A stretch of DNA of 64,000 nucleotides, taken from NCBI GenBank assembly GCA_051362555.1, contig CM120647.1:10578651-10642650 (forward strand), in the 5' to 3' direction. The translations under genes were made by a program, and so were the position numbers. Source of the stretch: Lingula anatina (lineage: Eukaryota > Animalia > Brachiopoda). Below are positions 36,283-48,200 of the stretch, piece after piece; within the stretch, counting starts at the first letter, position 1, and the number at the start of each line of letters is the position of its first letter. The notes beneath the pieces are model-generated. The model made no database searches, was not told where the DNA came from, and saw only the letters and a program-made list of their open reading frames with translations.

Positions 36283-39200
36283 GGTGTGTTTGGTCATTTG
36301 TAGTGAGGGTAAAGTGCTGGAAGAGTGATTGTGTCATTATTTAGGAAGAAATAGAGCAAAAACTCTCTCCACCCCCCCTCTCTCCAAATCCTGTTCTCAG
36401 GTGTGCTTTCTGGCAATCTTTAAAGCTGAAATTGGGGGCTTTAATGAAGTGACCCGGGCGCGTTTCCACATTTTTTATGAATGTCAGGTGTGGTAAATTA
36501 ATTTTCATCACTTTTTGGAAAAATTGGTGACGGGTCATTTTTGGGTGATTTTGAGAGATTTTCGTAAGGTCCGGATATGGCAGTTTTCTTCAATTTTGGC
36601 CAGGTAGGGATGAAAAATTTTTTTCTTCAATATTGTGTCAGGTAGGTGTGTTTGGTCATTTGTAGTGAGGGTAAAGTGCTGGAAGAGTGATTGTGTCATT
36701 ATTTAGGAAGAAATAGAGCAAAAACTCTCTCCACCCCCCCTCTCTCCAAATCCTGTTCTCAGGTGTGCTTTCTGGCATCTTTAAAGCTGAAATTGGGGGC
36801 TTTAATGAAGTGACCCGGGCGCGTTTCCACATTTTTTATGAATGTCAGGTGTGGTAAATTAATTTTCATCACTTTTTGGAAAAATTGGTGACGGGTCATT
36901 TTTGGGTGATTTTGAGAGATTTTCGTAAGGTCCGGATATGGCAGTTTTCTTCAATTTTGGCCAGGTAGGGATGAAAAATTTTTTTCTTCAATATTGTGTC
37001 AGGTAGGTGTGTTTGGTCATTTGTAGTGAGGGTAAAGTGCTGGAAGAGTGATTGTGTCATTATTTAGGAAGAAATAGAGCAAAAACTCTCTCCACCCCCC
37101 CTCTCTCCAAATCCTGTTCTCAGGTGTGCTTTCTGGCAATCTTTAAAGCTGAAATTGGGGGCTTTAATGAAGTGACCCGGGCGCGTTTCCACATTTTTTA
37201 TGAATGTCAGGTGTGGTAAATTAATTTTCATCACTTTTTGGAAAAATTGGTGACGGGTCATTTTTGGGTGATTTTGAGAGATTTTCGTAAGGTCCGGATA
37301 TGGCAGTTTTCTTCAATTTTGGCCAGGTAGGGATGAAAAATTTTTTTCTTCAATATTGTGTCAGGTAGGTGTGTTTGGTTATTTGTAGTGAGGGTAAAGT
37401 GCTGGAAGAGTGATTGTGTCATTATTTAGGAAGAAATAGAGCAAAAACTCTCTCCACCCCCCCCCTCTCTCCAATTCCTGTTCTCAGGTGTGCTTTCTGG
37501 CAATCTTTAAAGCTGAAATTGGGGGCTTTAATGAAGTGACCCGGGCGCGTTTCCACATTTTTTATGAATGTCAGGTGTGGTAAATTAATTTTCATCACTT
37601 TTTGGAAAAATTGGTGACGGGTCATTTTTGGGTGATTTTGAGAGATTTTCGTAAGGTCCGGATATGGCAGTTTTCTTCAATTTTGGCCAGGTAGGGATGA
37701 AAAATTTTTTTCTTCAATATTGTGTCAGGTTGGTGTGTTTGGTCATTTGTAGTGAGGGTAAAGTGCTGGAAGAGTGATTGTGTCATTATTTAGGAAGAAA
37801 TAGAGCAAAAACTCTCTCCACCCCCCCTCTCTCCAAATCCTGTTCTCAGGTGTGCTTTCTGGCAATCTTTAAAGCTGAAATTGGGGGCTTTAATGAAGTG
37901 ACCCGGGCGCGTTTCCACATTTTTTATGAATGTCAGGTGTGGTAAATTAATTTTCATCACTTTTTGGAAAAATTGGTGACGGGTCATTTTTGGGTGATTT
38001 TGAGAGATTTTCGTAAGGTCCGGATATGGCAGTTTTCTTCAATTTTGGCCAGGTAGGGATGAAAATTTTTTTTCTTCAATATTGTGTCAGGTAGGTGTGT
38101 TTGGTCATTTGTAGTGAGGGTAAAGTGCTGGAAGAGTGATTGTGTCATTATTTAGGAAGAAATAGAGTAAAAACTCTCTCCACCCCCCCTCTCTCCAAAT
38201 CCTGTTCTCAGGTGTGCTTTCTGGCAATCTTTAAAGCTGAAATTGGGGGCTTTAATGAAGTGACCCGGGCGCGTTTCCACATTTTTTATGAATGTCAGGT
38301 GTGGTAAATTAATTTTCATCACTTTTTGGAAAAATTGGTGACGGGTCATTTTTGGGTGATTTTGAGAGATTTTCGTAAGGTCCGGATATGGCAGTTTTCT
38401 TCAATTTTGGCCAGGTAGGGATGAAAAATTTTTTTCTTCAATATTGTGTCAGGTAGGTGTGTTTGGTCATTTGTAGTGAGGGTAAAGTGCTGGAAGAGTG
38501 ATTGTGTCATTATTTAGGAAGAAATAGAGCAAAAACTCTCTCCACCCCCCCTCTCTCCAAATCCTGTTCTCAGGTGTGCTTTCTGGCAATCTTTAAAGCT
38601 GAAATTGGGGGCTTTAATGAAGTGACCCGGGCGCGTTTCCACATTTTTTATGAATGTCAGGTGTGGTAAATTAATTTTCATCACTTTTTGGAAAAATTGG
38701 TGACGGGTCATTTTTGGGTGATTTTGAGAGATTTTCGTAAGGTCCGGATATGGCAGTTTTCTTCAATTTTGGCCAGGTAGGGATGAAAAATTTTTTTCTT
38801 CAATATTGTGTCAGGTAGGTGTGTTTGGTCATTTGTAGTGAGGGTAAAGTGCTGGAAGAGTGATTGTGTCATTATTTAGGAAGAAATAGAGCAAAAACTC
38901 TCTCTACCCCCCCTCTCTCCAAATCCTGTTCTCAGGTGTGCTTTCTGGCAATCTTTAAAGCTGAAATTGGGGGCTTTAATGAAGTGACCCGGGCGCGTTT
39001 CCACATTTTTTATGAATGTCAGGTGTGGTAAATTAATTTTCATCACTTTTTGGAAAAATTGGTGACGGGTCATTTTTGGGTGATTTTGAGAGATTTTCGT
39101 AAGGTCCGGATATGGCAGTTTTCTTCAATTTTGGCCAGGTAGGGATGAAAAATTTTTTTCTTCAATATTGTGTCAGGTAGGTGTGTTTGGTCATTTGTAG

Positions 39201-42200
39201 TGAGGGTAAAGTGCTGGAAGAGTGATTGTGTCATTATTTAGGAAGAAATAGAGCAAAAACTCTCTCCACCCCCCCCTCTCTCCAAATCCTGTTCTCAGGT
39301 GTGCTTTCTGGCAATCTTTAAAGCTGAAATTGGGGGCTTTAATGAAGTGACCCGGGCGCGTTTCCACATTTTTTATGAATGTCAGGTGTGGTAAATTAAT
39401 TTTCATCACTTTTTGGAAAAATTGGTGACGGGTCATTTTTGGGTGATTTTGAGAGATTTTCGTAAGGTCCGGATATGGCAGTTTTCTTCAATTTTGGCCA
39501 GGTAGGGATGAAAAATTTTTTTCTTCAATATTGTGTCAGGTAGGTGTGTTTGGTCATTTGTAGTGAGGGTAAAGTGCTGGAAGAGTGATTGTGTCATTAT
39601 TTAGGAAGAAATAGAGCAAAAACTCTCTCCACCCCCCCTCTCTCTAAATCCTGTTCTCAGGTGTGCTTTCTGGCAATCTTTAAAGCTGAAATTGGGGGCT
39701 TTAATGAAGTGACCTGGGCGCGTTTCCACATTTTTTATGAATGTCAGGTGTGGTAAATTAATTTTCATCACTTTTTGGAAAAATTGGTGACGGGTCATTT
39801 TTGGGTGATTTTGAGAGATTTTCGTAAGGTCCGGATATGGCAGTTTTCTTCAATTTTGGCCAGGTAGGGATGAAAAATTTTTTTCTTCAATATTGTGTCA
39901 AGTAGGTGTGTTTGGTCATTTGTAGTGAGGGTAAAGTGCTGGAAGAGTGATTGTGTCATTATTTAGGAAGAAATAGAGCAAAAACTCCCTCCACCCCCCC
40001 TCTCTCCAAATCCTGTTCTCAGGTGTGCTTTCTGGCAATCTTTAAAGCTGAAATTGGGGGCTTTAATGAAGTGACCCGGGCGCGTTTCCACATTTTTTAT
40101 GAATGTCAGGTGTGGTAAATTAATTTTCATCACTTTTTGTAAAAATTGGTGACGGGTCATTTTTGGGTGATTTTGAGAGATTTTCGTAAGGTCCGGATAT
40201 GGCAGTTTTCTTCAATTTTGGCCAGGTAGGGATGAAAAATTTTTTTCTTCAATATTGTGTCAGGTAGGTGTGTTTGGTCATTTGTAGTGAGGGTAAAGTG
40301 CTGGAAGAGTGATTGTGTCATTATTTAGGAAGAAATAGAGCAAAAACTCTCTCCACCCCCCCCTCTCTCCAAATCCTGTTCTCAGGTGTGCTTTCTGGCA
40401 ATCTTTAAAGCTGAAATTGGGGGCTTTAATGAAGTGACCCGGGCGCGTTTCCACATTTTTTATGAATGTCAGGTGTGGTAAATTAATTTTCATCACTTTT
40501 TGGAAAAATTGGTGACGGGTCATTTTTGGGTGATTTTGAGAGATTTTCGTAAGGTCCGGATATGGCAGTTTTCTTCAATTTTGGCCAGGTAGGGATGAAA
40601 ATTTTTTTTCTTCAATATTGTGTCAGGTAGGTGTGTTTGGTCATTTGTAGTGAGGGTAAAGTGCTGGAAGAGTGATTGTGTCATTATTTAGGAAGAAATA
40701 GAGTAAAAACTCTCTCCACCCCCCCTCTCTCCAAATCCTGTTCTCAGGTGTGCTTTCTGGCAATCTTTAAAGCTGAAATTGGGGGCTTTAATGAAGTGAC
40801 CCGGGCGCGTTTCCACATTTTTTATGAATGTCAGGTGTGGTAAATTAATTTTCATCACTTTTTGGAAAAATTGGTGACGGGTCATTTTTGGGTGATTTTG
40901 AGAGATTTTCGTAAGGTCCGAATATGGCAGTTTTCTTCAATTTTGGCCAGGTAGGGATGAAAAATTTTTTTCTTCAATATTGTGTCAGGTAGGTGTGTTT
41001 GGTCATTTGTAGTGAGGGTAAAGTGCTGGAAGAGTGATTGTGTCATTATTTAGGAAGAAATAGAGCAAAAACTCTCTCCACCCCCCCTCTCTCCAAATCC
41101 TGTTCTCAGGTGTGCTTTCTGGCAATCTTTAAAGCTGAAATTGGGGGCTTTAATGAAGTGACCCGGGCGCGTTTCCACATTTTTTATGAATGTCAGGTGT
41201 GGTAAATTAATTTTCATCACTTTTTGGAAAAATTGGTGACGGGTCATTTTTGGGTGATTTTGAGAGATTTTCGTAAGGTCCGGATATGGCAGTTTTCTTC
41301 AATTTTGGCCAGGTAGGGATGAAAAATTTTTTTCTTCAATATTGTGTCAGGTAGGTGTGTTTGGTCATTTGTAGTGAGGGTAAAGTGCTGGAAGAGTGAT
41401 TGTGTCATTATTTAGGCAGAAATAGAGCAAAAACTCTCTCCACCCCCCCTCTCTCCAAATCCTGTTCTCAGGTGTGCTTTCTGGCAATCTTTAAAGCTGA
41501 AATTGGGGGCTTAAATGAAGTGACCCGGGCGCGTTTCCACATTTTTTATGAATGTCAGGTGTGGTAAATTAATTTTCATCACTTTTTGGAAAAATTGGTG
41601 ACGGGTCATTTTTGGGTGATTTTGAGAGATTTTCGTAAGGTCCGGATATGGCAGTTTTCTTCAATTTTGGCCAGGTAGGGATGAAAAATTTTTTTCTTCA
41701 ATATTGTGTCAGGTAGGTGTGTTTGGTCATTTGTAGTGAGGGTAAAGTGCTGGAAGAGTGATTGTGTCATTATTTAGGAAGAAATAGAGCAAAAACTCTC
41801 TCCACCCCCCCTCTCTCCAAATCCTGTTCTCAGGTGTGCTTTCTGGCAATCTTTAAAGCTGAAATTGGGGGCTTTAATGAAGTGACCCGGGCGCGTTTCC
41901 ACATTTTTTATGAATGTCAGGTGTGGTAAATTAATTTTCATCACTTTTTGGAAAAATTGGTGACGGGTCATTTTTGGGTGATTTTGAGAGATTTTCGTAA
42001 GGTCCGGATATGGCAGTTTTCTTCAATTTTGGCCAGGTAGGGATGAAAAATTTTTTTCTTCAATATTGTGTCAGGTAGGTGTGTTTGGTCATTTGTAGTG
42101 AGGGTAAAGTGCTGGAAGAGTGATTGTGTCATTATTTAGGAAGAAATAGAGCAAAAACTCTCTCCACCCCCCCTCTCTCCAAATCCTGTTCTCAGGTGTG

Positions 42201-45200
42201 CTTTCTGGCAATCTTTAAAGCTGAAATTGGGGGCTTTAATGAAGTGACCCGGGCGCATTTCCACATTTTTTATGAATGTCAGGTGTGGTAAATTAATTTT
42301 CATCACTTTTTGGAAAAATTGGTGACGGGTCATTTTTGGGTGATTTTGAGAGATTTTCGTAAGGTCCGGATATGGCAGTTTTCTTCAATTTTGGCCAGGT
42401 AGGGATGAAAAATTTTTTTCTTCAATATTGTGTCAGGTAGGTGTGTTTGGTCATTTGTAGTGAGGGTAAAGTGCTGGAAGAGTGATTGTGTCATTATTTA
42501 GGAAGAAATAGAGCAAAAACTCTCTCCACCCCCCCTCTCTCCAAATCCTGTTCTCAGGTGTGCTTTCTGGCAATCTTTAAAGCTGAAATTGGGGGCTTTA
42601 ATGAAGTGACCCGGGCGCGTTTCCACATTTTTTATGAATGTCAGGTGTGGTAAATTAATTTTCATCACTTTTTGGAAAAATTGGTGACGGGTCATTTTTG
42701 GGTGATTTTGAGAGATTTTCGTAAGGTCCGGATATGGCAGTTTTCTTCAATTTTGGCCAGGTAGGGATGAAAAATTTTTTTCTTCAATATTGTGTCAGGT
42801 AGGTGTGTTTGGTCATTTGTAGTGAGGGTAAAGTGCTGGAAGAGTGATTGTGTCATTATTTAGGAAGAAATAGAGCAAAAACTCTCTCCACCCCCCCCTC
42901 TCTCCAAATCCTGTTCTCAGGTGTGCTTTCTGGCAATCTTTAAAGCTGAAATTGGGGGCTTTAATGAAGTGACCCGGGCGCGTTTCCACATTTTTTATGA
43001 ATGTCAGGTGTGGTAAATTAATTTTCATCACTTTTTGGAAAAATTGGTGACGGGTCATTTTTGGGTGATTTTGAGAGATTTTCGTAAGGTCCGGATATGG
43101 CAGTTTTCTTCAATTTTGGCCAGGTAGGGATGAAAAATTTTTTTCTTCAATATTGTGTCAGGTAGGTGTGTTTGGTCATTTGTAGTGAGGGTAAAGTGCT
43201 GGAAGAGTGATTGTGTCATTATTTAGGAAGAAATAGAGCAAAAACTCTCTCCACCCCCCCTCTCTCCAAATCCTGTTCTCAGGTGTGCTTTCTGGCAATC
43301 TTTAAAGCTGAAATTGGGGGCTTTAATGAAGTGACCCGGGCGCGTTTCCACATTTTTTATGAATGTCAGGTGTGGTAAATTAATTTTCATCACTTTTTGG
43401 AAAAATTGGTGACGGGTCATTTTTGGGTGATTTTGAGAGATTTTCGTAAGGTCCGGATATGGCAGTTTTCTTCAATTTTGGCCAGGTAGGGATGAAAAAT
43501 TTTTTTCTTCAATATTGTGTCAGGTAGGTGTGTTTGGTCATTTGTAGTGAGGGTAAAGTGCTGGAAGAGTGATTGTGTCATTATTTAGGAAGAAATAGAG
43601 CAAAAACTCTCTCCACCCCCCCTCTCTCCAAATCCTGTTCTCAGGTGTGCTTTCTGGCAATCTTTAAAGCTGAAATTGGGGGCTTTAATGAAGTGACCCG
43701 GGCGCGTTTCCACATTTTTTATGAATGTCAGGTGTGGTAAATTAATTTTCATCACTTTTTGGAAAAATTGGTGACGGGTCATTTTTGGGTGATTTTGAGA
43801 GATTTTCGTAAGGTCCGGATATGGCAGTTTTCTTCAATTTTGGCCAGGTAGGGATGAAAAATTTTTTTCTTCAATATTGTGTCAGGTAGGTGTGTTTGGT
43901 CATTTGTAGTGAGGGTAAAGTGCTGGAAGAGTGATTGTGTCATTATTTAGGAAGAAATAGAGCAAAAACTCTCTCCACCCCCCCTCTCTCCAAATCCTGT
44001 TCTCAGGTGTGCTTTCTGGCAATCTTTAAAGCTGAAATTGGGGGCTTTAATGAAGTGACCCGGGCGCGTTTCCACATTTTTTATGAATGTCAGGTGTGGT
44101 AAATTAATTTTCATCACTTTTTGGAAAAATTGGTGACGGGTCATTTTTGGGTGATTTTGAGAGATTTTCGTAAGGTCCGGATATGGCAGTTTTCTTCAAT
44201 TTTGGCCAGGTAGGGATGAAAAATTTTTTTCTTCAATATTGTGTCAGGTAGGTGTGTTTGGTCATTTGTAGTGAGGGTAAAGTGCTGGAAGAGTGATTGT
44301 GTCATTATTTAGGAAGAAATAGAGCAAAAACTCTCTCCACCCCCCCTCTCTCCAAATCCTGTTCTCAGGTGTGCTTTCTGGCAATCTTTAAAGCTGAAAT
44401 TGGGGGCTTTAATGAAGTGACCCGGGCGCGTTTCCACATTTTTTATGAATGTCAGGTGTGGTAAATTAATTTTCATCACTTTTTGGAAAAATTGGTGACG
44501 GGTCATTTTTGGGTGATTTTGAGAGATTTTCGTAAGGTCCGGATATGGCAGTTTTCTTCAATTTTGGCCAGGTAGGGATGAAAAATTTTTTTCTTCAATA
44601 TTGTGTCAGGTAGGTGTGTTTGGTCATTTGTAGTGAGGGTAAAGTGCTGGAAGAGTGATTGTGTCATTATTTAGGAAGAAATAGAGCAAAAACTCTCTCC
44701 ACCCCCCCTCTCTCCAAATCCTGTTCTCAGGTGTGCTTTCTGGCAATCTTTAAAGCTGAAATTGGGGGCTTTAATGAAGTGACCCGGGCGCATTTCCACA
44801 TTTTTTATGAATGTCAGGTGTGGTAAATTAATTTTCATCACTTTTTGGAAAAATTGGTGACGGGTCATTTTTGGGTGATTTTGAGAGATTTTCGTAAGGT
44901 CCGGATATGGCAGTTTTCTTCAATTTTGGCCAGGTAGGGATGAAAAATTTTTTTCTTCAATATTGTGTCAGGTAGGTGTGTTTGGTCATTTGTAGTGAGG
45001 GTAAAGTGCTGGAAGAGTGATTGTGTCATTATTTAGGAAGAAATAGAGCAAAAACTCTCTCCACCCCCCCTCTCTCCAAATCCTGTTCTCAGGTGTGCTT
45101 TCTGGCAATCTTTAAAGCTGAAATTGGGGGCTTTAATGAAGTGACCCGGGCGCGTTTCCACATTTTTTATGAATGTCAGGTGTGGTAAATTAATTTTCAT

Positions 45201-48200
45201 CACTTTTTGGAAAAATTGGTGACGGGTCATTTTTGGGTGATTTTGAGAGATTTTCGTAAGGTCCGGATATGGCAGTTTTCTTCAATTTTGGCCAGGTAGG
45301 GATGAAAAATTTTTTTCTTCAATATTGTGTCAGGTAGGTGTGTTTGGTCATTTGTAGTGAGGGTAAAGTGCTGGAAGAGTGATTGTGTCATTATTTAGGA
45401 AGAAATAGAGCAAAAACTCTCTCCACCCCCCCTCTCTCCAAATCCTGTTCTCAGGTGTGCTTTCTGGCAATCTTTAAAGCTGAAATTGGGGGCTTTAATG
45501 AAGTGACCCGGGCGCGTTTCCACATTTTTTATGAATGTCAGGTGTGGTAAATTAATTTTCATCACTTTTTGGAAAAATTGGTGACGGGTCATTTTTGGGT
45601 GATTTTGAGAGATTTTCGTAAGGTCCGGATATGGCAGTTTTCTTCAATTTTGGCCAGGTAGGGATGAAAAATTTTTTTCTTCAATATTGTGTCAGGTAGG
45701 TGTGTTTGGTCATTTGTAGTGAGGGTAAAGTGCTGGAAGAGTGATTGTGTCATTATTTAGGAAGAAATAGAGCAAAAACTCTCTCCACCCCCCCTCTCTC
45801 CAAATCCTGTTCTCAGGTGTGCTTTCTGGCAATCTTTAAAGCTGAAATTGGGGGCTTTAATGAAGTGACCCGGGCGCGTTTCCACATTTTTTATGAATGT
45901 CAGGTGTGGTAAATTAATTTTCATCACTTTTTGGAAAAATTGGTGACGGGTCATTTTTGGGTGATTTTGAGAGATTTTCGTAAGGTCCGGATATGGCAGT
46001 TTTCTTCAATTTTGGCCAGGTAGGGATGAAAAATTTTTTTCTTCAATATTGTGTCAGGTAGGTGTGTTTGGTCATTTGTAGTGAGGGTAAAGTGCTGGAA
46101 GAGTGATTGTGTCATTATTTAGGAAGAAATAGAGCAAAAACTCTCTCCACCCCCCCTCTCTCCAAATCCTGTTCTCAGGTGTGCTTTCTGGCAATCTTTA
46201 AAGCTGAAATTGGGGGCTTTAATGAAGTGACCCGGGCGCGTTTCCACATTTTTTATGAATGTCAGGTGTGGTAAATTAATTTTCATCACTTTTTGGAAAA
46301 ATTGGTGACGGGTCATTTTTGGGTGATTTTGAGAGATTTTCGTAAGGTCCGGATATGGCAGTTTTCTTCAATTTTGGCCAGGTAGGGATGAAAAATTTTT
46401 TTCTTCAATATTGTGTCAGGTAGGTGTGTTTGGTCATTTGTAGTGAGGGTAAAGTGCTGGAAGAGTGATTGTGTCATTATTTAGGAAGAAATAGAGCAAA
46501 AACTCTCTCCACCCCCCCTCTCTCCAAATCCTGTTCTCAGGTGTGCTTTCTGGCAATCTTTAAAGCTGAAATTGGGGGCTTTAATGAAGTGACCCGGGCG
46601 CGTTTCCACATTTTTTATGAATGTCAGGTGTGGTAAATTAATTTTCATCACTTTTTGGAAAAATTGGTGACGGGTCATTTTTGGGTGATTTTGAGAGATT
46701 TTCGTAAGGTCCGGATATGGCAGTTTTCTTCAATTTTGGCCAGGTAGGGATGAAAAATTTTTTTCTTCAATATTGTGTCAGGTAGGTGTGTTTGGTCATT
46801 TCTAGTGAGGGTAAAGTGCTGGAAGAGTGATTGTGTCATTATTTAGGAAGAAATAGAGCAAAAACTCTCTCCACCCCCCCTCTCTCCAAATCCTGTTCTC
46901 AGGTGTGCTTTCTGGCAATCTTTAAAGCTGAAATTGGGGGCTTTAATGAAGTGACCCGGGCGCGTTTCCACATTTTTTATGAATGTCAGGTGTGGTAAAT
47001 TAATTTTCATCACTTTTTGGAAAAATTGGTGACGGGTCATTTTTGGGTGATTTTGAGAGATTTTCGTAAGGTCCGGATATTGCAGTTTTCTTCAATTTTG
47101 GCCAGGTAGGGATGAAAAATTTTTTTCTTCAATATTGTGTCAGGTAGGTGTGTTTGGTCATTTGTAGTGAGGGTAAAGTGCTGGAAGAGTGATTGTGTCA
47201 TTATTTAGGAAGAAATAGAGCAAAAACTCTCTCCACCCCCCCTCTCTCCAAATCCTGTTCTCAGGTGTGCTTTCTGGCAATCTTTAAAGCTGAAATTGGG
47301 GGCTTTAATGAAGTGACCCGGGCGCGTTTCCACATTTTTTATGAATGTCAGGTGTGGTAAATTAATTTTCATCACTTTTTGGAAAAATTGGTGACGGGTC
47401 ATTTTTGGGTGATTTTGAGAGATTTTCGTAAGGTCCGGATATGGCAGTTTTCTTCAATTTTGGCCAGGTAGGGATGAAAAATTTTTTTCTTCAATATTGT
47501 GTCAGGTAGGTGTGTTTGGTCATTTGTAGTGAGGGTAAAGTGCTGGAAGAGTGATTGTGTCATTATTTAGGAAGAAATAGAGCAAAAACTCTCTCCACCC
47601 CCCCTCTCTCCAAATCCTGTTCTCGGGTGTGCTTTCTGGCAATCTTTAAAGCTGAAATTGGGGGCTTTAATGAAGTGACCCGGGCGCGTTTCCACATTTT
47701 TTATGAATGTCAGGTGTGGTAAATTAATTTTCATCACTTTTTGGAAAAATTGGTGACGGGTCATTTTTGGGTGATTTTGAGAGATTTTCGTAAGGTCCGG
47801 ATATGGCAGTTTTCTTCAATTTTGGCCAGGTAGGGATGAAAAATTTTTTTCTTCAATATTGTGTCAGGTAGGTGTGTTTGGTCATTTGTAGTGAGGGTAA
47901 AGTGCTGGAAGAGTGATTGTGTCATTATTTAGGAAGAAATAGAGCAAAAACTCTCTCCACCCCCCCTCTCTCCAAATCCTGTTCTCAGGTGTGCTTTCTG
48001 GCAATCTTTAAAGCTGAAATTGGGGGCTTTAATGAAGTGACCCGGGCGCGTTTCCACATTTTTTATGAATGTCAGGTGTGGTAAATTAATTTTCATCACT
48101 TTTAGGAAAAATTGGTGACGGGTCATTTTTGGGTGATTTTGAGAGATTTTCGTAAGGTCCGGATATGGCAGTTTTCTTCAATTTTGGCCAGGTAGGGATG

